Source: Smithella sp. (GTDB taxonomy: Bacteria > Desulfobacterota > Syntrophia > Syntrophales > Smithellaceae). Taken from it: a stretch of DNA of 35,941 nt. Of the stretch, positions 10,131-19,207 are shown piece after piece. How positions within the stretch are numbered: the first letter of the stretch is position 1; the number at the start of each line of letters is the position of its first letter. A program made the position numbers and the translations under genes. The stretch spans positions 1-35,941 of the forward strand of contig JBDKVD010000292.1 of NCBI GenBank assembly GCA_039679325.1, given 5' to 3'. The notes under the pieces were generated by a model, which was not told the origin of the DNA, made no database searches, and saw only the letters and a list, made by a program, of their open reading frames with translations.

Positions 10131-10177
10131 TCATGCTCGAATGCTATTGTCGGGCATCCATTCCTGTTTGTCGAAGA

Positions 10178-10214
10178 GCCCGGAAGTGTGGCATACCCCG
10201 CCACTCTCCCGGGC
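10178..10214. other. GC-rich stem-loop between the OmpA gene and the efflux operon
   Basis: GCCCGGAAGTGTGGC-7 nt-GCCACTCTCCCGGGC (13/15 paired). No U-tract. Confidence 0.4.
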
Positions 10215-10294
10215 CCCGCCCCGGGTCTGTCCGGAATTATTAAAACTGAAACATGTCGAGCTTAGCTTCTTGTTTGCCGGCTTAATGCCTGCAA

Positions 10295-11185
10295 TTAACG
10301 TTCGATGACGATCTCAACGCGGCGGTTGTTGGCGCGCCCCTCGGCTGATGCGTTGTCGGCAATCGGGCTGCCTTCGCCCTTTCCTCGTGCCTGGATGCGG
10401 TCGGCAGGATAGCCTTTACGCACGATGTAATCGCGGACAGATTCGGCCCGGCGTTGCGAAAGAGCCTGGTTATATGAATCGGAGCCACGGGAATCGGTGT
10501 GCCCCTCCACAATTATGTTGCGCTCGCGGATCGTCAGCAACGCATCGGTTACCTGGTCAAGCTTTACCCTGGCCGAGGGCAACAAGGTCGACTGGGCAGA
10601 CCGAAACAGAATGCTCCCGGAGAGTGTGACGACTAATCCTCGTTTCTCCTCCTTGACTGCGGCAAGCGCGGCAAGTGCGGCCATAGCATCGGCTTCCGCT
10701 TTTTCCTTGCTTTCCCTGACCGCAGCGAGCTCAGCAGCAGATTTTTTCTCGCTTGCTTTAACTGCGTCAAGCTTGTCAATTTCGGCCTGCGCGGCGGTTG
10801 TCCGCTTTTCGGAGTCTCTTAAGTCCTGCTTCCCCTTCTTCACGATCTGGGTTTGTTTCTTCTGAAAATCGGCTTCCGCTTTTTCCTTGCTGCCCTTGTC
10901 GGCAATCATAGCGCCACGCGCTCCCGCCAGTTCAGCCTTGCGCTGGGCGGCATAAGCGAGATCTTTTGTTTTATACGAGTCAGGGTCATTCCGGAATGAT
11001 TCTTCTGCCAGAAGGAGCGCCTCATTCGCCTTGTGTAATTCCGCAGGCGCGAGTTGCTCCGCCGGTCCCTCGCTCGCAATCCGGTAAGCAGAACGAGCGT
11101 CGACGAGTTCCTTTGGCGGCACGCTTGCGCAGCCGGTGAAGAACGCAACCATTGTGAGTAGAATAAAGAATTGCTTCGTTTTCAT
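10295..11185 (-). CDS. DUF4398 + OmpA-like peptidoglycan-binding lipoprotein
   Basis: Lipobox FTGC, helical Ala/Glu/Lys region, VEGHTDSRG...NQALSQRRAESV...GRANNRRVEI. RBS GGAGG before ATG 11185. Confidence 0.88.
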   Translation of the reverse strand: MKTKQFFILLTMVAFFTGCASVPPKELVDARSAYRIASEGPAEQLAPAELHKANEALLLAEESFRNDPDSYKTKDLAYAAQRKAELAGARGAMIADKGSKEKAEADFQKKQTQIVKKGKQDLRDSEKRTTAAQAEIDKLDAVKASEKKSAAELAAVRESKEKAEADAMAALAALAAVKEEKRGLVVTLSGSILFRSAQSTLLPSARVKLDQVTDALLTIRERNIIVEGHTDSRGSDSYNQALSQRRAESVRDYIVRKGYPADRIQARGKGEGSPIADNASAEGRANNRRVEIVIER

Positions 11186-11224
11186 GAAATCCTCCTTGGG
11201 TGTCACGATTGAGTTATAGTCAGG

Positions 11225-11593
11225 TTATGGGTTGTCTTGCCGAAGTTGGCGCACACGCTCTATTGCTGCCAGGGCTTCCGCCTTTTCTGCATCCCCGCGG
11301 GATAGAGCGACAGCCAGCTCGGCGTCGGCTTCAGCCCGCAACAGCATTGATGCGGCCTTTTCCTTATCGCCTTTTGCGGCCAGTTCCTTGGCTAGTTCCA
11401 GTTCCTCCCTGGCTAATTGTAAATGAAGCGAGGCTTGCGGAACTTTGGCCGCCCCGGCCTCCTCTGCGGCGCGGATTCCCGACGTAGTTGCCTCTGTTGT
11501 GCGCAGCGGGGCGCTCGCGCATCCCGCGATAATTGCTGTGGCCACGACAGCTCCGGCACAAACCATAAATCTGATCTTGGATAAGTGTCTCAT
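11225..11593 (-). CDS. DUF4398-type lipoprotein
   Basis: Lipobox IAGC, IRAAEEAGA...LQLAREEL...RAEADAELA; the usual partner upstream of OmpA. Confidence 0.8.
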   Translation of the reverse strand: MRHLSKIRFMVCAGAVVATAIIAGCASAPLRTTEATTSGIRAAEEAGAAKVPQASLHLQLAREELELAKELAAKGDKEKAASMLLRAEADAELAVALSRGDAEKAEALAAIERVRQLRQDNP

Positions 11594-11738
11594 TTAGTCC
11601 TCCTTTTATATTTGGATAAGTGGTTGCCTCATTGGATCTTCCTTTTTTCTTTCAACCATGTCGCTTCACCTCTTGTTATCTCGCAACTTCTTGATAATAC
11701 TTAATATAGGCAGTATCATGCTTCTGCCTACCGCCTTA

Positions 11739-11933
11739 TTAACTCTTTGTTCTTCGGACGTTGATGCTCTGACCTGATCTCATCAATTGACGGTTCGTCA
11801 GAATCACCGGGTCAACAATCTCCCCGCAGATCAGGCATTTCCATCCCCAAAACTGTTCATGGGAACCGTAAAAATTGACATAGGCTAAGGTACCCCCGCA
11901 ACGAGGACATTTACTGAAAAGCGATTTATCCAT
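11739..11933 (-). CDS. Small CxxC...CxxC (Zn-ribbon-like) protein, 64 aa
   Basis: CPRCGG...GWKCLICGEIVDPVILTNR. The start overlaps the ABM stop (TAATG) and has RBS AGGAG. Confidence 0.78.
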   Translation of the reverse strand: MDKSLFSKCPRCGGTLAYVNFYGSHEQFWGWKCLICGEIVDPVILTNRQLMRSGQSINVRRTKS

Positions 11934-12238
11934 TAAATCTCCTTTATTCCCACCGGGTGGGAAACGTTATAGAATGTTTTTTCGTAAGGCTCTTTAAGCA
12001 GGTTCATCGCACCTCTGATGACCTTATAATGCTTCGACTTCAGGTGGGCATTAAGGTTTTCCTCAATATCCCATTCTTCAAGAAGAAAAAGTTGGTTTTC
12101 ATCTTCCATGCTCTGACAGAAGTCGTAGCGCAGACATCCTTTCGCCATCCTTGTGATACCGGACAGAGAATCAATCGTCTGTGACAACTCCCTGCGCTTC
12201 TCAGAAATGACATTCATTCGTGTGATTACAAGAATCAT
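11933..12238 (-). CDS. ABM-domain protein (putative quinol monooxygenase)
   Basis: GCLRYDF...LFLLEEW...LNAHLKSKHY. Start moved to ATG 12238 because the ORF-track extension runs through the sigma54 promoter. Confidence 0.82.
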   Translation of the reverse strand: MILVITRMNVISEKRRELSQTIDSLSGITRMAKGCLRYDFCQSMEDENQLFLLEEWDIEENLNAHLKSKHYKVIRGAMNLLKEPYEKTFYNVSHPVGIKEI

Positions 12239-12286
12239 ATAGATGGCCCTCATTTGAATGATTAAAATTATTATATCAATATAACA

Positions 12287-12434
12287 GCAAGTAATCGGCC
12301 AAAAGCCGAAGGAGCGCCAGAATATTGGATTTATCATTTAACAACAGGTGCTTAGGTTAACAGGAGAGATAAGAAGTGCCATATAAAATAATTCATTCGG
12401 CCTCAATATTTAGTGGAGCCACAATATTTAGTGG
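12287..12434 (-). promoter_or_regulatory. Sigma54 promoter cassette copy 2
   Basis: TTGGCCGATTACTTGC (12302-12287). IHF-like CAACAGgtgcTTA at 12342-12354. Boxes CCTCAATATTTAGTGG (12401-12416) and CCACAATATTTAGTGG (12419-12434). Confidence 0.85.
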
Positions 12435-12549
12435 GATTAGTTGAAAGGTCTGCCGAGGGCCGAGGGGCAGGGGTGGCTTGGGCAAGCGCCGGGAACGCTA
12501 TTATCACATGGAGTATCTTCGTTAGTTCATTCCGCGCTTTTGACAGCCT

Positions 12550-12987
12550 TCACGAGGTTTTCTCTTTGTCAACAGCTGCTTTCTTGGGGAGATTGTCATC
12601 GACAAGTTTATAAAATAGTTCGACGTAATGTTTATCTCCGAATGTAGGGATACTGGTGATGACGGTAGTGACGCTCTTTTTGAGTCGTATGATATCGATG
12701 TGCATAGGAATATTTCCCTTTGTCTCCAGAGAATATTTTTTCTTTGGTACGGAGTTTGTTAACGTTGCTTCAATTTTCAGCTGGTCGGAAGCTTGCATCA
12801 CTGCCTTGTAGGTCGTTTCGAGATCAAAGGCATAATATTTTGTCGCTTTGCCGCTTTTCCAGAAAACATAACCTTCATAGGCGGATCCCATAGTGGGAAG
12901 AAAAGGTATAAGCGGAATTATAGCGCATCCTGATAACAAAGAGGCTACTAAAAACAGAGCAAGACGTGTTAATATTTTATTTCTCAT
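12550..12987 (-). CDS. Hypothetical lipoprotein (DUF3568-like)
   Basis: Lipobox LSGC, RBS AGGA; FGD...ELF near the C-terminus resembles DUF3568. Confidence 0.6.
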   Translation of the reverse strand: MRNKILTRLALFLVASLLSGCAIIPLIPFLPTMGSAYEGYVFWKSGKATKYYAFDLETTYKAVMQASDQLKIEATLTNSVPKKKYSLETKGNIPMHIDIIRLKKSVTTVITSIPTFGDKHYVELFYKLVDDNLPKKAAVDKEKTS

Positions 12988-13004
12988 GACTTTTCCTTTT
13001 TTGC

Positions 13005-13325
13005 TCAGAGGCTGTCAGCGCCACGCCACTCGACAGCGCCGAACCCGGCTTCGCCAAGGAATGTGTAAACGAGGCTGACGGTTCCCGTCGTCTGGTGGGA
13101 GTCGGCCCGGTCGGGATAGTGCGCATCCCGGAGAGACGCGATATATTGGATTCCGAGGGCGTGACGGCCGAAAATACGATAGGTGAATCCCATGTTCATA
13201 CGGTCGATATTCTCCATTCCCCCCGGATCATCGCCACCCACGCCAGTCAGATAATACGCGCGTCCTGTTAAGTGGAACATGGCCCTGTCGCCCAGGATGA
13301 GGCGGAGCGCGAGGAGCCCCTGCAT
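13005..13325 (-). pseudogene. C-terminal fragment of an outer-membrane beta-strand protein (DUF3943-protein-like)
   Basis: No signal peptide; amphipathic beta pattern. QGLLALRLILGDRAM...HALGIQY...SLVYTFLG...FGAVEWR resembles, from memory, the C-terminus of longer DUF3943-containing proteins. Confidence 0.5.
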
Positions 13326-13332
13326 CCTTGTT

Positions 13333-13674
13333 TCAGTTGTCTTGTTTCATGCACGATTTCAATTTACCGTCGAGGTAGAAAGAAATTAGACCATCTGCCT
13401 TGCAGTTATTATTTCCTATGGTAACTGACTCATAGAGCACACAAGATTCTAATTTATTGTTGCTATAAAAACTAACAAAACCACCATTTTTACAGCGGAT
13501 GTTATTTGCATCGTAATCATTTTTGAGTTGGCAAGATTTCAGTGATCCATTGTTATGAAGAACAACATTTGTGCCTGAGTTACAAATTGACTGGTCAGCG
13601 GCGAATACATTATGACTCACGAATATTGATGCTAGTGCTATGCTCCAGAAAAAACCAATCTTTAGGATTTTCAT
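13333..13674 (-). CDS. Secreted Cys-repeat hypothetical protein
   Basis: Signal peptide (VFA-A), three ~30-aa repeats C..G...(F/L)(Y/H)..GxLKSC, RBS AGGAG, visibly AT-rich. Confidence 0.75.
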   Translation of the reverse strand: MKILKIGFFWSIALASIFVSHNVFAADQSICNSGTNVVLHNNGSLKSCQLKNDYDANNIRCKNGGFVSFYSNNKLESCVLYESVTIGNNNCKADGLISFYLDGKLKSCMKQDN

Positions 13675-13748
13675 AATATATTGTCTCCTTTATTTTCTGA
13701 TTTTCGATCATCCGGACTCAGTTATTAAGTTTTGAGCCGATTGAGATG

Positions 13749-14321
13749 TCAAAAAGATTCTTCCCCAGACACTACCTTCTTCTCTATCAAGTCACCCAGT
13801 AGCTTTAGCTGCTCCTTCTGGATTACCAATAGTTCTTCCCACTGGCCTTCTCTCAATAAGTCCATTTTCTCGTGCAGCAGCATGATTTCGAGTTCGGCTT
13901 TCAGATTGACCTCATAATCATGTTCGGCATGAAGTCGGTCTTTTTCCGACTGCCTGTTTTGCGACATCAAGATTATGGGCGCCTGAACGGCGGCCAGCAT
14001 TGAAAGGAACAGATTGAGTAAAATATAAGGGTAAGGATCAAAAGTTTTGTCGTAATTAAGAAGGATGAACGAATTCAAACCAACCCAGATGACCAGGGTA
14101 GCGGTAAAGATAGCTATGAATGTCCAGGAACCACCGAAAGTCGCAACCGCATCCGCTGCTCGCTGTCCAAAAGTTGTCTTTGCATCAAATTCCTTTGAGG
14201 TGTCTCTGGAAATATGCTTTCGCCCTGCAATATGACGGGCGACATTCTTGTTGCGCTCGTCCAATTTTTCAAAGGGCATGCCAAAATATTTCTTTGCAAT
14301 GTCATCAGGTTTTTGCATCAT
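13749..14321 (-). CDS. DUF1003 membrane protein
   Basis: TFGQRAADAVATFGGSWTF, FDPYPYILLNL, QAPIILMSQNRQ, DYEVNLKAELEI. Confidence 0.9.
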   Translation of the reverse strand: MMQKPDDIAKKYFGMPFEKLDERNKNVARHIAGRKHISRDTSKEFDAKTTFGQRAADAVATFGGSWTFIAIFTATLVIWVGLNSFILLNYDKTFDPYPYILLNLFLSMLAAVQAPIILMSQNRQSEKDRLHAEHDYEVNLKAELEIMLLHEKMDLLREGQWEELLVIQKEQLKLLGDLIEKKVVSGEESF

Positions 14322-14377
14322 GTCTCCAGATGATCACACTTTTTTTGATGGCATACACTGCAAGCTACATTTTTCAT
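14318..14377 (-). CDS. 19-aa Cys-rich ORF coupled to DUF1003 (leader peptide or gene remnant)
   Basis: MKNVACSVCHQKKCDHLET* with RBS CAGGAG. The stop overlaps the DUF1003 start (ATGA). First ORF after promoter copy 3. Confidence 0.4.
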   Translation of the reverse strand: MKNVACSVCHQKKCDHLET

Positions 14378-14437
14378 TGTTTTTCTCCTGTTTAAAATAA
14401 TCGTTTATATTATGACCGTGATGATAGCCATAACATA

Positions 14438-14584
14438 GCAAAGTGTCTGCCAACAGCCGAAGAAAAATAAACAGTTTGGATTAATCCTTTAATAACGGAA
14501 GTTTAAATTAACAGGAGAGGGAGCGGAAAAATATATAATGATTTTTTTGGCCTCCATATTTGGTGAACCATCAGGATATGGAGG
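14438..14584 (-). promoter_or_regulatory. Sigma54 promoter cassette copy 3
   Basis: TTGGCAGACACTTTGC (14453-14438). IHF-like TAACGGaagtTTA at 14493-14505. Boxes CCTCCATATTTGGTGA (14551-14566) and CATCAGGATATGGAGG (14569-14584). Confidence 0.8.
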
Positions 14585-14855
14585 GGCGAAAAGAAATCTT
14601 TGATTTTGGGGACGAGCCGGCATATGGGAAGTTATTGAAATCTAACAAGTAGCCGCATAACCCAAATCACAATAAGGAAAATAACCAACCTCTAACTGCG
14701 GATCAAAATTCGTTGAATTTTTCCTGGACATTGGTATATCTACCGAAGCCATTAATATTTTTTTTCTTCAGGTCCTTTTATAACTCCCATCGCCACCACC
14801 TCCACCGCTAATCCATGTAATTATTATTCTTCTTATGAATGACATTAAAACTTCT

Positions 14856-15572
14856 CTACCCTACAGAAACGCCCAGGATTTTACCAATTACCGCGGTTAC
14901 GGACATCGCAAGAGCGCCTCCGAAGGTGACTCGCAACGAAGCACGGCCGAGCGGCGCACCGCCGAGATAACCGCCTAACGCACCGAGAGCCGCGAGACAT
15001 ACCAGTGAGAGCACTGCGATAACGAGAATACGTAGATCCGCCGGCGCTATAAGAAGGGCCATAATTGGAACCAGGGAAAAGGCCGCAAAGCTAGCGGCTG
15101 ATATCCACGCAGCTTGCAAAGGACGTGCGAGGGATGTTTGGTCGATCCTGAGCTCATCCAGCATGTGTGCGCCGAGCCGATCATGCGCGCTGAGTTGCTC
15201 CGCGACTTTCATCGCGAGATCATTATCGAGGCCTCGCTTCACATAGATCCGTGCGAGTTCCTGTAGTTCAGCTTGCGGCTGCCCGGTAAGCCCTCGCATT
15301 TCACGCTCGACATCCGCCTGTTCCGCGTCGCGTTGCGAACTAACCGAGACATATTCACCCACGGCCATCGACATCGATCCAGCAACAAGACCCGCCGCGC
15401 CGGCGACCAGGATGGCTCCCATTGGCGCGGAGGATGCTGCGACACCAATCATGAGGCTTGCTGTCGATACGATTGCGTCGTCCGAACCGAGCACGGCGGC
15501 ACGCAACCAGCCTGCTCGCCCGCTTCGGTGCATTTCCCCTTGCTCCGTATGAATGGCAGTTTTCGTCTTCAT
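14856..15572 (-). CDS. VIT1/CCC1 family Fe/Mn transporter
   Basis: GWLRAAVLGSDDAIVS, GSMSMAVGEYVSVSSQRD, ELARIYVKRGL, ARPLQAA. Confidence 0.9.
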   Translation of the reverse strand: MKTKTAIHTEQGEMHRSGRAGWLRAAVLGSDDAIVSTASLMIGVAASSAPMGAILVAGAAGLVAGSMSMAVGEYVSVSSQRDAEQADVEREMRGLTGQPQAELQELARIYVKRGLDNDLAMKVAEQLSAHDRLGAHMLDELRIDQTSLARPLQAAWISAASFAAFSLVPIMALLIAPADLRILVIAVLSLVCLAALGALGGYLGGAPLGRASLRVTFGGALAMSVTAVIGKILGVSVG

Positions 15573-15685
15573 GTACCAAAGCACTCAGGCACCCTTCTCC
15601 ATCCGCAAGAAACCGGACAGTGATGTAATCGTCTGTAACAACTCCATGCCATGAATTCCATGTCTTTCCGATGACCTGGATCCCT

Positions 15686-15865
15686 TCATTTGTTCACTTC
15701 CGGGCGTTCGTTCTGATCACGATCGGGCGTCATCTCCAGCAACTGGATGATGAATTTAGGCTTGTATTCGATTCTCTGCACATCATTCCTCAGCGCCTGA
15801 CCAAAAAATCCCTCTAAGTGAGCCTGAAGCTGTTGCCATCCCTTATCCCATGTTTGTTGATTCAT
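15686..15865 (-). CDS. Small hypothetical protein (59 aa), paralog of 32263-32439; distantly YjbJ/CsbD-like
   Basis: Manually translated MNQQTWDKGWQQLQAHLEGFFGQALRNDVQRIEYKPKFIIQLLEMTPDRDQNERPEVNK. Confidence 0.65.
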   Translation of the reverse strand: MNQQTWDKGWQQLQAHLEGFFGQALRNDVQRIEYKPKFIIQLLEMTPDRDQNERPEVNK

Positions 15866-16125
15866 AGTAATTGTCTCTCTTTCTTAAACGAAGATGATGG
15901 ACACTTTATACGAAACAAAGCTCCCTCTTATGTAAGGTAAGCCCAGGTAAGTTAAGTTGCCAATATTCCGCTATGGCCGAAACCTGAGGTTAGTTATTAT
16001 CCAAAGTTGCTATCTTTCCATTATACAAAATTAACTCCGGTACGCTATTCGAGAGCTTCTCGCCTTACTGACCCTGAAAAAGGCAACCCGAAATCCGGCA
16101 TATTTATTTTCCATTCAGCTCGTCG

Positions 16126-16740
16126 TCAGCCAAGGTTCTTTGCCGCAAAATCCCAATTAATCAGTTTATCCAGTACTGCATTGACATAGTCCGCGCGGCG
16201 GTTCTGGTAATCCAGATAGTAGGCGTGTTCCCACACGTCGATGGTCAATAACGGTTTCATTGTCAAAGGGACATCGGCATTAGCCGTCTTGACCACCTTG
16301 AGCATATCGCCATCAAGAACTAGCCATACCCAGCCGCTGCCGAACTGGGCCATTGCCGCAGTCGACAATTCCTTCTTGCATGCGTCCACGCTGCTGAAGG
16401 ATGCTGCTATTTTCTGCTTCAGTGCGGCGGGCGGTTCGCCTCCACCCTTTAATCTCATACTTTTCCAGTAGAACGTATGATTCCAGACCTGCGCTGCGTT
16501 ATTAAAGATCGCGGTCTTGTCGGCTTTGTCTGCTGTCCTGGTGATGATTTTCTCCAACGGCAGGACAGCAAACTCCGTTCCTGCCGTTAGTTTGTTCAGG
16601 TTATCGACATATCCCCGGTGATGCTTGCCATAGTGGAAACCAATCGTGCTGGCAGAGATTACTGGTTCCAACGCGTTATCCGCATAGGGGAGAGGGGGTA
16701 GGACATGCGGTGCTGAACTTTCAATCTTGTCATTACTCAT
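16126..16740 (-). CDS. sodB: Fe superoxide dismutase
   Basis: [26 protein letters not shown] (Fe-type Gln), [21 protein letters not shown] before ATG 16740. Confidence 0.9.
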   Translation of the reverse strand: MSNDKIESSAPHVLPPLPYADNALEPVISASTIGFHYGKHHRGYVDNLNKLTAGTEFAVLPLEKIITRTADKADKTAIFNNAAQVWNHTFYWKSMRLKGGGEPPAALKQKIAASFSSVDACKKELSTAAMAQFGSGWVWLVLDGDMLKVVKTANADVPLTMKPLLTIDVWEHAYYLDYQNRRADYVNAVLDKLINWDFAAKNLG

Positions 16741-16961
16741 TTTTTTACCTCCAATGAAGTTATTTAAAAGCCTTACGGCTAGTGTTTGAGCAGCGCCGAG
16801 CCGAACAGAGCGAGGCGAAGTCATCCGCTGAAAGTGTGTATTGGAAGTCCGACTGGTTCGACCCTCAGTAACGGCGCCACCAGCCCGGTTGGACCGGCAA
16901 CGCTGTCTTAAATCTTAATGAATGCCGGCAGGTCAGAGTTAAATCGTTTATTCACATCAGT

Positions 16962-17645
16962 TCAAAGAGAGCGAAGCAGCTTCAGCAACGCTTCCGCTGC
17001 TGTTTGCGATGAGGCCGGGTTCTGACCGGTCACAAGCTTGCCGTCCACTTGGACGCAGGGAGCCCAGTCGGCACCCTTGCTGTATATGCCACCTCGTTCC
17101 TTTAGCCTGTTTTCCAACAGGAAAGGCACTGCCGCGGTCAAACCTGCGGCTTCTTCTTCTGCATTTGAGAACCCGGTCACGCGTTTGCTTTTAACCAGGT
17201 ACTCGCCGTCCTTTCCGCGCACATTGACTAACGCAGCCGGCGCATGACACACCGCACCGACTGGTTTGTCGGCCTTCACAAACGCTTCGATCAGTGCGAT
17301 GGATGTCCTGTTGTCGGGCATGTCCCACATAGGGCCATGTCCGCCAGGGTAAAAGACTGCATCGAAATCGTCCGCGGAAACGTCGGCCAGCTTTTTCGTG
17401 TTGGCAAGTTCAGCCTGGGCAGCGGCATCTGTGCGAAAGCGCTTCGTTAATGCGGTCAGATTTTCGGGAAGATCGCTTTTGGGATCAAGCGGCGGTCGGC
17501 CGCCTTTTGGCGAGGCCAAAGTGATCGTCGCTCCGGCATCCTTTAGCACGTAATAGGGCGCCACGAACTCTTCCAGCCAAAAACCAGTCTTCTTTCCGGT
17601 ATCGCCGAGTTGGTCATGCGAAGTAAGAACAATAAGAATTTTCAT
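16962..17645 (-). CDS. DJ-1/PfpI (type 1 glutamine amidotransferase-like) protein
   Basis: TGFWLEE, FYPGGHGPMWD, AVCHAP, LVTGQNPAS. Confidence 0.9.
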   Translation of the reverse strand: MKILIVLTSHDQLGDTGKKTGFWLEEFVAPYYVLKDAGATITLASPKGGRPPLDPKSDLPENLTALTKRFRTDAAAQAELANTKKLADVSADDFDAVFYPGGHGPMWDMPDNRTSIALIEAFVKADKPVGAVCHAPAALVNVRGKDGEYLVKSKRVTGFSNAEEEAAGLTAAVPFLLENRLKERGGIYSKGADWAPCVQVDGKLVTGQNPASSQTAAEALLKLLRSL

Positions 17646-17798
17646 CGTTAACCTCCCTGCTTGAATTAGCTCTGAGCGTGTTCCTCTTTAGCTTTGCGCT
17701 CCATCTTTTCTAAACGGGTGTAGTAATCGGAAAACTCATTGAGATGAGCGAGCGCGATTTTGCCGGTGATTATAATAATGATTTTTGAGCCGGTTCAC

Positions 17799-19136
17799 TC
17801 AAATGATGAGCAGAGGCTCCACTTCATCGCGGATTTTTTGCAGACTGCCTGCCGATGAAGCTTCAAAACGTAAAACTATAACCGGCTGAGTATTTGATGA
17901 TCGAACAAGAGCCCAACCATCCTCGAAAGGAATGCGTACTCCATCAATTTCGATTAAACCGGGGTTGTTCCGAAAATGTTTTTTTATTCTTTCCACGACT
18001 TTCACTTTTTTATCGTCGGCGCAATCAATGCGTATTTCCGGCGTAGCAAAAGTTTGCGGGACATCCGCAAGCAACGCACTTACTTTTTGTCCCCTTTGAG
18101 ATAGAATTTCCAATAATCTGACTGCCGCATAGATGGCATCATCATAGCCGAAATAGCGGTCGGCAAAAAACAAATGTCCGCTCATTTCTCCGCCCAATAA
18201 GGCCTTTTCCTCTTTCATCTTGGCTTTAATCAGAGAATGTCCTGCTTTCCACATAATTGCCCGGCCGGAATGTTTTTTAATATCATCATATAAAACCTGC
18301 GAACACTTTACTTCGGCGATGATGGTCGAATTGGGCTTTTCCTTGAGGATCTCGCGGGCAAAAAGAAGCAGCAGTTTATCCCCCTCAATTATTTCGCCCT
18401 TATCGCTGACAACGCCCAGGCGATCTGCATCGCCGTCAAATGCTATTCCTAAATCCGCTTTTTGCTCACGAACTATTTTAATCAATTCAGTTAAATTATC
18501 TTCTACGGTGGGATCAGGGAAATGATTGGGGAAATTCCCGTCCGGCTCACAGTATAAGGGTATCACTTCACAGCCGCAACGCTGTAAAATCGGCAGGGCA
18601 AAATGACCTCCCACACCGTTGCCCCCATCAACGGCAACTTTGATTTTCCCGGTAATTTTTACATTGTCAAAAATGTAGTTTTGGTATGCAGCAGTAATAT
18701 CCTGGAGCGCCGAAGATGCAATACCTGTCGAATATTGTCCACATTCCATTATTTTTCTTAATTCCTGAATTTGTTCGCCGTAAATTGTGTCATTACCGAT
18801 ACAAATTTTGAAGCCGTTGAATTCGGGAGGATTATGGCTGCCGGTAATCATAACTCCTCCTTCAACATTCAGGTAGCGTATGGAAAAGTATAGTATGGGA
18901 GTGGCGCAAAGACCGATATCAATTGTTTCAATACCGGAGGAGTTAAGACCTTTGATTAAGAAATGGTGATAATCATCAGAGCTTAAACGGCAATCCCTTC
19001 CGATGGTCATCTTCTTTATTTCATACTTTGCAGCATAAGTGCCGATAGCTCGACCCAGGTTGAATACAAATTCTTCATTTAAATCATTACCCACAACGCC
19101 TCTTACATCATATTCTCTAAATACATTGGGATTCAT
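17799..19136 (-). CDS. Phosphomannomutase/phosphoglucomutase (AlgC-type)
   Basis: FREYDVRG, ITGSHNP, FDGDADR, GEMSGH, VRSSNT. Confidence 0.93.
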   Translation of the reverse strand: MNPNVFREYDVRGVVGNDLNEEFVFNLGRAIGTYAAKYEIKKMTIGRDCRLSSDDYHHFLIKGLNSSGIETIDIGLCATPILYFSIRYLNVEGGVMITGSHNPPEFNGFKICIGNDTIYGEQIQELRKIMECGQYSTGIASSALQDITAAYQNYIFDNVKITGKIKVAVDGGNGVGGHFALPILQRCGCEVIPLYCEPDGNFPNHFPDPTVEDNLTELIKIVREQKADLGIAFDGDADRLGVVSDKGEIIEGDKLLLLFAREILKEKPNSTIIAEVKCSQVLYDDIKKHSGRAIMWKAGHSLIKAKMKEEKALLGGEMSGHLFFADRYFGYDDAIYAAVRLLEILSQRGQKVSALLADVPQTFATPEIRIDCADDKKVKVVERIKKHFRNNPGLIEIDGVRIPFEDGWALVRSSNTQPVIVLRFEASSAGSLQKIRDEVEPLLII

Positions 19137-19207
19137 AAATTACACACATCTCCTCGGGAAATTAATTTTGACTGCCTGCTTTTTGAAGTAGCGTCAAATA
19201 ACAATAA

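Noticed and set aside
10130-10160. REP-like GTCATGCTCGA...TCGGGCATCCA hairpin
   Set aside because: Single degenerate copy in the window; it cannot be supported without a genome-wide search.
11607-11719. Two ~17-aa minus-strand ORFs between the Zn-ribbon and DUF4398 genes
   Set aside because: Too short, with no internal paralog or motif to support them.
14339-14347. A-AAA-AAG slippery site fusing the 19-aa ORF to DUF1003
   Set aside because: The -1 frame hits TGA (AAA GTG TGA) before the DUF1003 start.
15946-15963. Sixth sigma54 promoter upstream of the 59-aa ORF
   Set aside because: TTGGCAACTTAACTTAC lacks GC at the GG-N10-GC position and has no upstream boxes; at most a decayed copy.
16770-16846. 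attC-like sequence between the DJ-1 and SOD genes
   Set aside because: Both core sites mismatch RYYYAAC/GTTRRRY, the palindrome is poor and there is no integrase. IntegronFinder would settle it.
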